From positions 53,950-117,949 of IMG/VR virus record IMGVR_UViG_3300028888_000073: a DNA stretch of 64,000 bases; one strand, 5' to 3'. This document shows positions 19,842 through 30,107 of this stretch, one piece after another. The stretch's first letter is position 1. The number at the start of each line of letters is the position of its first letter. A program made the position numbers and the translations under genes. The stretch comes from a virus. Taxonomy: Duplodnaviria > Caudoviricetes. Under the pieces are notes generated by a model. It saw nothing but the letters and a program-made list of their open reading frames with translations. It was not told the DNA's origin and searched no databases.

Positions 19842-20368
19842 CAGTAATATACCTCTTTCCCGTTAATAATTCCAAACTTCCACATATCTGTAAAGATATT
19901 ATATTCATCTCCATCACAAACAACAAACATATCATCGTTTGTAAGAAAATCTCTGATTTTGTCTTTATCTGTGAGATTGATTATGCATTCATCAACACCG
20001 CCGATGCCATAATCATATCTTTCATCTTTATGATCAACTGTGAACCCGTTAAAGTTCGGATAAAACTCTCTGATAATTTCAGCAACGGGTTCAAGTTCCT
20101 CATAAAAATCTTCCTTAGTTGTACCATACCCGCACTTAATTGCAACATAATACAGAATCTTTTCAGTAAATGTTGTAAGGACTGTAAACGGTGATCTTCC
20201 GTAACAAGTACGCTCATTAGAAAGATTCCATCTGTCCGTATTATCCAGTCTTGCTTTGATATCTTCTGTAATGGCTTCGCGGTCAATATGCGGAGTTCCG
20301 GTCTTTACGCAAATAGAATGCGAACTAGAACTATTCGTTTCAAATACACTACTTCTAATAGAAATCAT
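19841..20368 (-). CDS. Conserved phage protein with IRxxVFETNSSSSHS N-terminus
   Basis: Characteristic N-terminal motif; same operon as the radical SAM gene. Confidence 0.75.
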   Translation of the reverse strand: MISIRSSVFETNSSSSHSICVKTGTPHIDREAITEDIKARLDNTDRWNLSNERTCYGRSPFTVLTTFTEKILYYVAIKCGYGTTKEDFYEELEPVAEIIREFYPNFNGFTVDHKDERYDYGIGGVDECIINLTDKDKIRDFLTNDDMFVVCDGDEYNIFTDMWKFGIINGKEVYY

Positions 20369-20377
20369 AATATCACC

Positions 20378-21055
20378 TCATTCTTTACATTCAGAAAGAA
20401 TCCGTTCAATCATATCAATATTTGCAATTGCATCTCTATTGATAATACCTTCTCTCAGCATCTTACTGAAAATATTATCCTGCCCATTTCTACCTTCGAT
20501 ATACATAATTCCGTAGTTTGGATTGAACATGAATTCGCCGATAGAAATTCCAAGTTCCGAAATCTGATCTGTAATTCCGCCAAGTAATCCGGTTGCAGGT
20601 GCGCTGTAATATTTCTTAGATTCATCTGTCTTTTCCGGATATTCGCGCTTGATACCTCTATCTGTCCATTCATCAAACGGATCATATTTAACAGTATCAC
20701 AGCCAATATAATCTTTGATCTCACGCTCCATGACTTCAATCACCGGAAGAACATCTTCCTCAGTTGCAAACTGTACAAACTTTTTAATATGAGCACTAAG
20801 CAGTGTATTGTATACGATTGACATCTTATGTCCGGTAGTATACTTACTGTAATAGCAGAACGGGATAGCCGGATTCGGTTGCAAGAAAACACAAAGCGGA
20901 CCTCTTACAAATGAATTATAATTATCCTTAATTAAATTCTTAGTTGTTTTCCATTCTCCGTCTTTTATCCACTCATTATAAAACATATCCTCATAAAGTT
21001 TCTGCTTGTCAAACTCTGTCTTATCTTTACGCTCGATAACTATAAACTTCCGCAT
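20378..21055 (-). CDS. Hypothetical protein
   Basis: 225 aa; start overlaps the stop of the radical SAM C-half. Confidence 0.75.
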   Translation of the reverse strand: MRKFIVIERKDKTEFDKQKLYEDMFYNEWIKDGEWKTTKNLIKDNYNSFVRGPLCVFLQPNPAIPFCYYSKYTTGHKMSIVYNTLLSAHIKKFVQFATEEDVLPVIEVMEREIKDYIGCDTVKYDPFDEWTDRGIKREYPEKTDESKKYYSAPATGLLGGITDQISELGISIGEFMFNPNYGIMYIEGRNGQDNIFSKMLREGIINRDAIANIDMIERILSECKE

Positions 21056-21894
21056 TAAGCATTCCTCCTAACCTTTGCAAACATTTCTTCAATGGTTTCA
21101 TCCGTATAACTGTATCGCTCTGTAGATACTGAACTAACAGCGTATTCCTGTTTTACTGTATCAACATACATTGTGAACTGTCCGTCATCACCCATATAGA
21201 AGTGATTGAAATCTTCCGCAGACATGATGTTTCTAACTTCAAGCTGTTTAATTGCAAGATTGTCAAATGATACTGTATCAAAGTGATTGATGATATCACC
21301 GATATTATCATGCATCCAATTCTTTCTTGCATCAATAAGAGTTCCTGTATCACCAGTGTGATATGTATTACCTCTTCGGAATTCCTTGTATCCAAGAATC
21401 AAGATTTTAAGACCTTTATCGTACAGTGATTGAAGTGTATTTCTATCAACAATTCCATTGATGATATGAATAACAGCATTTGGAATCTCTCTGATCATAT
21501 TAATGAATTCCGAAGTAGGATTAACAAGCGATACGCCCAGACCATAGATGAATTTATTACTCACAAGATTCTTAATACGCGCAAACTCTTTTTCAAAGTG
21601 AACCTGATTTACTGTCATGTTCACAATAAGTTTACGATCTTTACAATACGCAAGAAAATCTTCAAGTTGCGGATGCTCAAGAGGATTTCCGCCGCCAATT
21701 GCAAGTTCTGTATACGGATGCAGACTTTCAATGAACGGGACATTCATAATATTACCGTGCTTGCCATCCGGCTTAGAATTCTCGTGGCAATTATGGACTA
21801 GCACACCATTTGCAAAATAGTTATGATATTCAGCAACCTCTATATTATACACATATCCGTCATATTGTGTTTTTTCAATTTTTGAAATCCTCAT
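21055..21894 (-). CDS. Split-intein C-part (35 aa, 21790-21894) fused to radical SAM C-extein
   Basis: VYNIEVAEYHNYFANGVLVHN|C (intein blocks F/G), then CHENS...ELAIGGGNPLEHP (radical SAM GGE-like motif) and NMTVN. Confidence 0.9.
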   Translation of the reverse strand: MRISKIEKTQYDGYVYNIEVAEYHNYFANGVLVHNCHENSKPDGKHGNIMNVPFIESLHPYTELAIGGGNPLEHPQLEDFLAYCKDRKLIVNMTVNQVHFEKEFARIKNLVSNKFIYGLGVSLVNPTSEFINMIREIPNAVIHIINGIVDRNTLQSLYDKGLKILILGYKEFRRGNTYHTGDTGTLIDARKNWMHDNIGDIINHFDTVSFDNLAIKQLEVRNIMSAEDFNHFYMGDDGQFTMYVDTVKQEYAVSSVSTERYSYTDETIEEMFAKVRRNA

Positions 21895-22919
21895 TTCTTC
21901 TCTCCCTTTTTCAAAGATTCTTTGTGGAAATGTATGTCAACCTCATCATGACAATCTGTACATAATACAATACCTATATCATTATTGTTATGATACTCAA
22001 CTACACGCTCTTCTAATATGTTGTACTCATCTGATCTAAATTGTAAGTTATGTATGTCAATGTTTAATTCATGTGCAATGTTTTCAACTATCTCCGAAAA
22101 TGACTCTTTGTGGTGAATATGAAGAGTTCCGCCAATTTTACCACACCTAGTACACGTATAATTTGCATCAGATAGCATTTTCTTTCTCCACGGCTTCAAA
22201 GAAATCCTAATATAATTTTTTATTGATCTGGATGTACCGCCCTTCCAGTTTTTTCTATCACTTCCTCTTTTGTAGGTAAGTTCACCGGACGCTACACGGG
22301 CTTTTATTGTTTCTTTCATTTTCTTAACAGTTTCACTATTTCGCATTGGGTTATTTGCTTTCATCCTCTCGGATGTCGCCGTTCTAAATTCAGCCATTCG
22401 TTCTTCTCTGTGTGAATCTTTATATAACTTATCTTCTTGTTCAATTCTCTTTTTCTCCGTGTATTCTTCATCAGTTAGTGATACACCAAAATAAGAAGGA
22501 TTATTTAATTTCATCCTGTGCGAGAACTCTAACCATGTATTGCGCTTACAATCCTCACATGTCGTTTCCTTAGATTCGTATAATGGCGACTTGCTTATAT
22601 TTTTTATACGTGTGCCTAAAACTTTACCACACTTCCTACACACTATCTTCTGCTCGAATTTCTTAAAGTTATAGTGTTTAGGTCTTACACAATCCGGACA
22701 CTTTTCCTTACTTTGTTTATCAGTTGCATAGTATGTTTTTCCACATTCTATACAAACACACTCTTTACGTCTTACAGAATATCTGTATTTATTGTACTTA
22801 TCTCTGCACTCTTTTTCATTACAAACTATTACTCTATGATCTCTTGGAATAAAATCTTTTCCACAAAATTTACATTTTATTGGAAACTTTTCTTTAGGCT
22901 TTGTCATATAGGTCATCAT
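21891..22919 (-). mobile_element. Free-standing HNH homing endonuclease with N-terminal Zn ribbons and NUMOD-like repeats
   Basis: CTRCG...LHIHH...GIVLCTDCH; several CxxC pairs; RMKxNNP repeats; overlaps both split-gene halves. Confidence 0.85.
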
Positions 22920-23343
22920 CTTCTTTCAGGTCACATGCGCTTACCCAACCACGATTTGTTGTATAAAATTTATGGTTCGGTGTGCAATTAATTATTTTTC
23001 CGTTTTCAAGCGTTATGTGAATAATTTCTCCGGTATGCCAGTGTTTATACATATTAGTAACAGTAGAATTTGTGATTGTGTTCGATTTGTCATCAAACGC
23101 TATCACATTATCTCCAATAGAAATTTTTTCAATTGCGGTTTCTCCGTTATTTGTAGAAACCATAGTTCCGTCAACAAAACAAAATTTACAGTTCATATCG
23201 CATTTGTTAGTTACCTTAACGTCTATGCTCTCTGCAAAAGCCGGAATCATCTTACCATCTTTGCATGACCTGATCTTAGTTCCATCACTAAGCATAGCAA
23301 CATTATAATTTCCGTTTGTATATACACCAATTACTGATCTCAT
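22894..23343 (-). CDS. Radical SAM N-extein (54 aa) fused to split-intein N-part (95 aa, 22897-23181)
   Basis: IDVKVTNKCDMNCKF|CFVDGTMV (block A)...CTPNHKF (block B TxxH)...GWVSAxDL. Confidence 0.9.
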   Translation of the reverse strand: MRSVIGVYTNGNYNVAMLSDGTKIRSCKDGKMIPAFAESIDVKVTNKCDMNCKFCFVDGTMVSTNNGETAIEKISIGDNVIAFDDKSNTITNSTVTNMYKHWHTGEIIHITLENGKIINCTPNHKFYTTNRGWVSACDLKEDDDLYDKA

Positions 23344-23367
23344 TTTTTTTTATCCTCCAGTTATATG

Positions 23368-23820
23368 TTAATCTATGTAAACACACTCATGATAATATTT
23401 TCTAGGTATGTCAACATCATCATGATATCTGTGTAGTGGCGGTTCATCAGATTCTTCATCAAATGTAAATGTTCCGTTTCTATCATCAACAGCATAATCG
23501 AATTCCATTGTTACAAGAGATACATCAGTACATCTTGATTTTACTTCAATTCTTGCATTAGTTGACACATTAAATGATACTTCGTCTGTTCCATGATACA
23601 TATCACCATCATGTTCAATGTTACGACCAATATGTTCATCAAGATTGTCTAACAGTTTCTTTTCATAATGTCCCGTGTGAAGTGACGGATCAATGATTGC
23701 AAAGTCAAACGGCGATTCTGCACGGCTAGTATCTTCAACAACTACAGTAATATCCCTCATACAAACTGGTAAATCTTTATCATAATACTTTAATCGCTCC
23801 ATAAGTTCACCTACAGTCAT
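23368..23820 (-). CDS. Hypothetical protein (MTVxELxxxL N-terminus)
   Basis: 150 aa with AAGGAG RBS. Confidence 0.7.
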   Translation of the reverse strand: MTVGELMERLKYYDKDLPVCMRDITVVVEDTSRAESPFDFAIIDPSLHTGHYEKKLLDNLDEHIGRNIEHDGDMYHGTDEVSFNVSTNARIEVKSRCTDVSLVTMEFDYAVDDRNGTFTFDEESDEPPLHRYHDDVDIPRKYYHECVYID

Positions 23821-23826
23821 TATATA

Positions 23827-24045
23827 TTACTCCTTACTGTCAAAGAATGTATGTGTATATGCGCTGACGGCTCTAGGATTCAAACATCTGTTTTCCATAA
23901 AATCCTTAAAGTCATCATCATCAATTACCCATCCTACTGAACCACCTACATTTGTAGCTTTCAAATCTCCGCTTTTAATCCACTTTGTAATAGTTGCTCC
24001 ACACACATCAACGGCTCTTGCATAATAAGACTTTTTGTGAATCAT
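23827..24045 (-). CDS. Excisionase/MerR-like helix-turn-helix protein
   Basis: VxxxTITKWIKSGDLKA...WVI motif. Confidence 0.65.
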   Translation of the reverse strand: MIHKKSYYARAVDVCGATITKWIKSGDLKATNVGGSVGWVIDDDDFKDFMENRCLNPRAVSAYTHTFFDSKE

Positions 24046-24062
24046 ATAATTTTAACCCCCTA

Positions 24063-24692
24063 TCAAACTTCTCCGACAATATTAAATCCAAAATACCTTG
24101 TAAGAATCGGACGCATCCATTCCCACATATCAGGATATAATACAGAAGATATAGGTTTCACAAAGCGAGAAAATTTTCCACGATTATGTGTATAGTAAAA
24201 CTCAACACCATTATCATCAGTAACGTATCCTAGATAAATAGCATCATTTGATTGATCATACTCAGGAACATGATCACGATAATAACATTTCAATCTATAG
24301 ATTGTCATATCAATATTGATATGCTTTGCGTACTGTTCCGCATCGAACCTATTCTCAAAGATTGAAATATTGTGCGCAATATCGTATATGTCGCTTCCGT
24401 CAATATATGACGTATCGACATCATCATCACATACAATGATAGGATTCTTGTATGATGTTTTATCATCTGTAATCCAAATACTGTAAAACTTGTCTAAATC
24501 TTTCGGTATCCATAACGTGAAATCCCTATCTTCTGTATCTTCATTAGCTGTCTGCTCAATAGTGTCCGTGTCACAATCAGTCTGCGAATTCTTACTGATT
24601 GTCTTTTTAATGTCAATGAGTTCATTTTGCAGATTATTCAGCAACTCTGTCTGCTGTGCAAGAATTTTAGTAATCTCATCCATACGTTCCAT
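24063..24692 (-). CDS. Hypothetical protein
   Basis: 209 aa with N-terminal coiled coil and RBS. Confidence 0.7.
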   Translation of the reverse strand: MERMDEITKILAQQTELLNNLQNELIDIKKTISKNSQTDCDTDTIEQTANEDTEDRDFTLWIPKDLDKFYSIWITDDKTSYKNPIIVCDDDVDTSYIDGSDIYDIAHNISIFENRFDAEQYAKHINIDMTIYRLKCYYRDHVPEYDQSNDAIYLGYVTDDNGVEFYYTHNRGKFSRFVKPISSVLYPDMWEWMRPILTRYFGFNIVGEV

Positions 24693-24700
24693 AATAAAGT

Positions 24701-25090
24701 TTACCTCGCTTTAATAATAATTTTATTAATGATCTTCGATTGCAGGACATCTCTAATAGCATCTTCACACTCATATGTTTCATGTGTCAGCATAATTTTA
24801 TATACTTCTAATGCAATGTCAACTACGTAACCAATAGTAGTTATATTCATTTCAGTGTCGAAAACAACCTCTGCATCATCGCCGCTATCAACAACGATAA
24901 GTTTTCCGTTAAGAGTAGAGTCGTTCGGATGCATCAAACTTTTCAGCGTAATAGTATAGTCATTCTTGTTAATAGATTCAACAATGATATCTGCAATGTC
25001 ATTTTTAATAGTCGTGATTTTGGATTTAAGGTTATCCATTCTCTGATCCATGATCATAAGTTTTGTATTCAGCGAACTATTCATAATCAT
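24701..25090 (-). CDS. Hypothetical protein
   Basis: 129-aa ORF. Confidence 0.65.
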   Translation of the reverse strand: MIMNSSLNTKLMIMDQRMDNLKSKITTIKNDIADIIVESINKNDYTITLKSLMHPNDSTLNGKLIVVDSGDDAEVVFDTEMNITTIGYVVDIALEVYKIMLTHETYECEDAIRDVLQSKIINKIIIKAR

Positions 25091-25093
25091 ACC

Positions 25094-25381
25094 TCACATT
25101 CTAAAACGTGGTCGGAAGTATTCGATAATGTCAATCTCTTTACCGTCTTTATAGAATGTAAAATTTACAGAGTTGAAAGTACGATTTTCATCTTCAAGGT
25201 AAATTTCAGTGCTGAATCCACCGATCTCAATCTTCGTCACACGGTATTCATGTTCACTGTCAACTTCCAGACCGATTGAATTTGTAAATTTCTTCAAACC
25301 ATTATCCGGATTAGTCATCTTAGCAGTAATGTTCTCATCTGTAATATCGCCATAAAACAGAGTCATTAATAAACACCTCAC
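25094..25381 (-). CDS. Hypothetical phage protein (FNSVNF motif)
   Basis: First ORF after promoter copy 5. Confidence 0.65.
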   Translation of the reverse strand: MRCLLMTLFYGDITDENITAKMTNPDNGLKKFTNSIGLEVDSEHEYRVTKIEIGGFSTEIYLEDENRTFNSVNFTFYKDGKEIDIIEYFRPRFRM

Positions 25382-25420
25382 TTCATATTGGAAACATTAT
25401 GCCGTTCCCTTTGTAAATAT

Positions 25421-25449
25421 AGTATAGCACATTTCAAGGAAATTGTCAA
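25421..25449 (-). promoter_or_regulatory. Repeated promoter, copy 5
   Basis: TTGACA-N17-TATACT with TGn; ATATGCACAGAAAT inverted repeat at 25465-25514. Confidence 0.85.
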
Positions 25450-25533
25450 GTAGTTTTTAGAAAAATATGCACAGAAATATTAACAACATTTTACGTTAAT
25501 TTCTGTGCATATTTACTTATTGTAATCAATTAT

Positions 25534-25839
25534 TTAAGTTTCTTTATTGGAAATAAAGTCCTTATATCCGGATACATCATTGCTGTTATTCTCTACAAGA
25601 GATTCAGCATAATATGATAGAAGCATCTGAGCATCAAGTGCTGTAATTTTTCCGTCACTGTCATGATCAAGTGCTTGATACGTTTCAAGTTCACCATGTA
25701 GATTGTTAATCTGTCCTTCAAGGTCGTGGATATACTGCCATATTTCTGGTTCAAGTGCGGTAACAGTTTCAGTATTAAAAGTTAGACAATTAACACTAAT
25801 AATAGCAGAGCATACAAAAGCGAAAAACTTCTTTTTCAT
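25534..25839 (-). CDS. Secreted protein with coiled coil and a single dockerin-like repeat
   Basis: MKKK plus hydrophobic signal peptide (VTA cleavage); DHDSDGKITALDAQMLLSYY. Confidence 0.7.
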   Translation of the reverse strand: MKKKFFAFVCSAIISVNCLTFNTETVTALEPEIWQYIHDLEGQINNLHGELETYQALDHDSDGKITALDAQMLLSYYAESLVENNSNDVSGYKDFISNKET

Positions 25840-25856
25840 TTTGTTACACCTCTATG

Positions 25857-26759
25857 TTAAAATGTAAAATTAACTGCATCATCTCTGTTAATGAAGAAGT
25901 GAATACCTCTTGCACATTCTTCAAATCTATTCTCACAGAAATTAGGTTCAGTTACGATCTGCCATTTCCGATATTTGAATTTAGAATCCCACATACTTTC
26001 AACAACCTTATCAACAGAGTTCCCGTCAAGGTCTTGAATATCTTCAACATATGCCTTGTCAGCGCGACACTTACTCCTACCTGCATTTGACCGCCGTGCA
26101 TCTTCCGGAATCCTAAGTTTTACAATATAATACTCATCATCATCACATTTATCATGACTGATCTTAGCTTTTTTCCATCCAATAAAACTACCTGTATCCG
26201 GAACATGGCTTGAAACATTTAGATTTGTCTCAACAAAAGCGGCTCTTGTAAAATCACAATTTTCTTGACAATCTATATCAAACTCACAGTTTGAAAATGT
26301 GGAAGACTGGAATGTTGAATTATAGAGTCTGAAATATTCAAAATTCGTATATGCACAGTTAATGTTGTTCAAATTTACAAAATCAAACCAACCACAATCA
26401 AATTGACAGTATGCAAAATTACTATTATGTAAATCAGTATACGTGAAACTAGGACTTGTAAATTTACAGTTAGTGAACATCATATAAGACATTCCACACA
26501 TAATGAATTCACAAGTGTAGAACTCGATGTCCTCAAATTCACGGCTTTCAAATACACAGCCCTTGAATGAAATATATTTAAGTTCTTCCGGAAAGACAAT
26601 ATCCGATGGAATGAAATAACCACAAATATAAATTAGTGAATCATTTAATGCACCTTCATTATCTTTTATAAGATTATCAAACTCATCCTGTGTTATAGTC
26701 TTATATTTTAAGCTAGTTGTGTACTTAGCGTCATCATTGATCATATACAATACCTCCAA
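25857..26759 (-). CDS. Pentapeptide-repeat protein with C-terminal DUF5758-like domain
   Basis: FxxCxF periodicity; GWKK...LRIPEDA...KCRAD...GIHFF. Confidence 0.8.
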   Translation of the reverse strand: MEVLYMINDDAKYTTSLKYKTITQDEFDNLIKDNEGALNDSLIYICGYFIPSDIVFPEELKYISFKGCVFESREFEDIEFYTCEFIMCGMSYMMFTNCKFTSPSFTYTDLHNSNFAYCQFDCGWFDFVNLNNINCAYTNFEYFRLYNSTFQSSTFSNCEFDIDCQENCDFTRAAFVETNLNVSSHVPDTGSFIGWKKAKISHDKCDDDEYYIVKLRIPEDARRSNAGRSKCRADKAYVEDIQDLDGNSVDKVVESMWDSKFKYRKWQIVTEPNFCENRFEECARGIHFFINRDDAVNFTF

Positions 26760-26771
26760 TTAAAATATAGT

Positions 26772-27797
26772 TCAATATGTCGGTCTAAAAGTCGGCTCGA
26801 TATCATGAATCGTATCATCATCTTTATATCTACTATTCTTCACTTCATAGCTATCCAAAATAAACGCTTTTCTGCATCTGATCTTGCCATATCCAACCAT
26901 AATAATATCATCAAGACAGATTTTTGCAGTTAAGAAAACAGAACTTGCGGCAGATTCATTTCTTATCCAATAATTAGCGTGTGAGAAATGAAGTCCGCTC
27001 GCACACGGCTTATCAGATTCATCACAATCATTAACAACTGCATACTCACCAACACAATACTTGAAATTTTTATCATAGAAAGAGGTCATGTCTTTTTGTA
27101 CTTGTTTATATGCAATTACATAATACTTTCCGTCAGCTTCTTTGAACGGGATTAGTCCAGTTTGAAGTCTAATTGATTCAAGAATATCTTTAGACATATC
27201 GGTACAGGATAGAACAACTGTTTTTTCTAGTTTTACACATCCTTTAACAACGCCGTAAACATCAGATTGGCATATACGGATACAGTCATCACAGTTTCCA
27301 TCTACCGAAGCATCTTTAATGTCAGAACGAGTAATATACGCATTTGATACATCAGACCTAATAATATCAGATGTGTCTATCATACATGTATTTCGTAGAT
27401 CACTATTACAAATAGCTGAATCTGAAATCGTACCATGACAAATAATTAATGATTCTTTTATTGCAGTATCACCTCTAATTGATAGATATCTGTCAAGTTC
27501 TGGTGCATCTGTATTGTCAATAGTTGATGATAGTACAACTGCATTACCTAAAATTACAACTCTTCCAAGTACAACAGAATTTTTATCAATCCAACACCCT
27601 TTACCGTCACCAGAATCATGAAGAATATTACCATATTCTACATACCCACCAAGATCACCCTCATCAACAATTCCTACTCTGGTTGCAAAAGTTTTCTTTG
27701 CACGGATTCTGTATACCCGAACACCATGAATAACTTTACTGTCATCCGGAAGAATCTCATACTTGCTACCATTATAAACAGGAACATTATCACTCAT
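26772..27797 (-). CDS. Beta-helix repeat protein with GDLGGYVE N-domain and a related C-terminal domain
   Basis: YRIRA...GDLGGYVE...CW, solenoid repeats, then FKY.VG...CASGLHF...KIRC. Confidence 0.65.
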   Translation of the reverse strand: MSDNVPVYNGSKYEILPDDSKVIHGVRVYRIRAKKTFATRVGIVDEGDLGGYVEYGNILHDSGDGKGCWIDKNSVVLGRVVILGNAVVLSSTIDNTDAPELDRYLSIRGDTAIKESLIICHGTISDSAICNSDLRNTCMIDTSDIIRSDVSNAYITRSDIKDASVDGNCDDCIRICQSDVYGVVKGCVKLEKTVVLSCTDMSKDILESIRLQTGLIPFKEADGKYYVIAYKQVQKDMTSFYDKNFKYCVGEYAVVNDCDESDKPCASGLHFSHANYWIRNESAASSVFLTAKICLDDIIMVGYGKIRCRKAFILDSYEVKNSRYKDDDTIHDIEPTFRPTY

Positions 27798-27800
27798 AAA

Positions 27801-28125
27801 TCAATCCTCCTTATTCAAATCAACTTTCTTATCGTCATCATCATCTTTATTCTCAGGCATACTGCGTGTATTACTATCATACCTAAGTGCTACAAAAAGT
27901 GATATAGTTACTACAGCACATACAACACAAATACCAATTGCAATCAAACTAAAATCAATCATAATAAACCACCTACATATTGATATAATTATCTTGATCA
28001 CGTCTATTCTTTCTACGCATATTCCATGTACATATGTTACATCGTCCGGAAGTGATTAGAAACACATATACGATCACTCCGATATTTATTCCAACATATA
28101 CTAGAACTGTTTTAATGTCAAGCAT
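27801..28125 (-). CDS. Two small membrane proteins (27801..27962 and 27973..28125)
   Basis: Each has one hydrophobic helix. The second, MLDIKTVLVYVG..., was read by hand. Confidence 0.5.
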
Positions 28126-28133
28126 ACCGTGTA

Positions 28134-28847
28134 TTACCTTTTCATATATAACGGTTCTTTAAGTCCTGTAGCATATTCATTGAATGAATTACAGATTTCA
28201 AGTGCTAGTGGTTTAAGTTCCGGATACCTTGAAGTTCCGACTGATTCTGCAAGATAACCAAGTTTATTTTCTTCAATGAGTAGAATTGTACAGTCAGCAT
28301 AGTCATATTGAGAAAAATAAATTTTTCTATATTCATCATATTCCCACTTTACTACAAAATATTTATCTTTATATGTAACACGTACACCAACACTTAGAAG
28401 ATTGTTTGCATCAAATTCGTACTTGAATTCAACCAAAGATGCATCAAATTCTACATCTCCGTTTTTATACTTCGGGATCATTCCAAATTCATACAACATT
28501 TCAGGATATTTTAACGCCGCAGACTTAACTGCATGTGAAACAATATTACAGAATTGGCTATCAACAATTCGTAAATATTTAGGTTTCTTACTGCACTCGG
28601 ACTGTTCTACAAGTGGCGTGATCTTCAAATCCCATTCATTGATATATTCCGGTGTAACTTCCAATATCATGTCAATGCATTGATGAAAATCGTTTTCGCA
28701 ACAAACGAAAAATCTAGCTTTACCACCCACATAACCAACGAAAATACCATTAACACCTTCTTGAATAATCCTATCTTTGATAATCTCTCCGCGACAACGC
28801 TTATCTGTTTTTATGTAATAGGCATTACCGATCTTATAATCATTCAT
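28134..28847 (-). CDS. Hypothetical protein
   Basis: 237 aa with GAGGTG RBS. Confidence 0.7.
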   Translation of the reverse strand: MNDYKIGNAYYIKTDKRCRGEIIKDRIIQEGVNGIFVGYVGGKARFFVCCENDFHQCIDMILEVTPEYINEWDLKITPLVEQSECSKKPKYLRIVDSQFCNIVSHAVKSAALKYPEMLYEFGMIPKYKNGDVEFDASLVEFKYEFDANNLLSVGVRVTYKDKYFVVKWEYDEYRKIYFSQYDYADCTILLIEENKLGYLAESVGTSRYPELKPLALEICNSFNEYATGLKEPLYMKR

Positions 28848-28856
28848 ATAAACACC

Positions 28857-29948
28857 TCACTCATTATTACATTTGATTTCTGTTTTCTGGACTATTACAA
28901 AACAAAGTAAATTAACAATCTCACGATCTTTGTCAACTGCCAGACATGGTTTCAACACATAGTTGTCTAATTCACTTATACTGTAATATAAATCTGAATA
29001 CCATGTATGTACTGGATAGAATGAGCACTGATCATATGCATTACCACCGGGAAAATCACTCATTGAAATCTTAGTAACAATTCCAAGCCAGTGGTGCGGT
29101 TGTGCCATAGCATCTATACGTGTATAGCTATTATGCGGCATGTCATGTGCCAAGATGATTGGATACCCAGTGCTTTTCAATGTAGTGTTTAATAAAGATT
29201 CAGGATCATTGAACTGATCTACATACCATTTGAAAAACTTCTCTCGCAGTTCCGGAGACATTTCAAGATGAATATTTTCAAGAGTGTTTAATCCGTTGTG
29301 GTTTATTGAACACATAGACAACCGCTCCCACCGAAATCTGCAATAATGTAAAATTCATCATAGTAGTCTGTCCTGTATACAGTACCGTAGTCATATCCTG
29401 TCTTGTCATTATTAGTTTTGACAATAGAGATTTCGGCATCTCCGTATTTATCAAGATAGTATTCAAGTTCATCACGCAACTCTGAAACAGTCATTTACTC
29501 ATCTCCCGCATATAACATTAGGTACAATGATTCTTTATGCACTCAATACAGTCAAGACAGCATCCGTCATCATCCCATTCCATTAAACTCTGAATGCAAA
29601 GATTTGAATCATTACATTCTTCTTTGTACCATTTTGCAATAGCTATCAGTGCGTCACATTCTCCATGTTTATATCCTTTTTTGTATTCAGTTGTTGCAAA
29701 CTTTTCTAAGAACGCTAGCACATCATCTTTACAAGTATCCATAATAGTATTTCCTTTCATTCAGTGTCATCATACTGTCTTTCGCAGTGTGCCGTTACCC
29801 AACAAGTAGTAAGACCGCAACCGTTCCCGTTAATGTTTTCAGGACATCCAGAACAGTTGTGCTCATTGTCAGTATTATACATGAAGTCAATGTACTTGTT
29901 TCTGTATTCAGCGTATTCCTCATTTGTCATATCATGAACACTTTTCAT
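28857..29948 (-). CDS. Four small hypothetical genes (28857..29321, 29303..29494, 29518..29760, 29757..29948)
   Basis: Tightly packed ORFs downstream of promoter copy 6. Confidence 0.6.
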
Positions 29949-30001
29949 TTAATCTTCCTCCATATACATCATAGCACATATAACACGTTCTTTACAAATA
30001 T

Positions 30002-30030
30002 AGTATAGCATATTCATTGAAAAATGTCAA
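30002..30030 (-). promoter_or_regulatory. Repeated promoter, copy 6
   Basis: TTGACA-N17-TATACT with TGn; hairpin AAAAACCTTAC/GTAAGGTTTTT at about 30053-30084. Confidence 0.85.
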
Positions 30031-30107
30031 GTAGTTTCTTGAAAATAAAAAGAAAAACCTTACCCAAATATGAGTAAGGTTTTTGTATATATTGCATAAG
30101 TAATAAA

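Noticed and set aside
21891-22919. Group I intron carrying the HNH gene
   Set aside because: The HNH ORF overlaps both flanking ORFs, leaving no room for a ribozyme core, and the C-half has its own RBS and ATG. Not excluded without RT-PCR.
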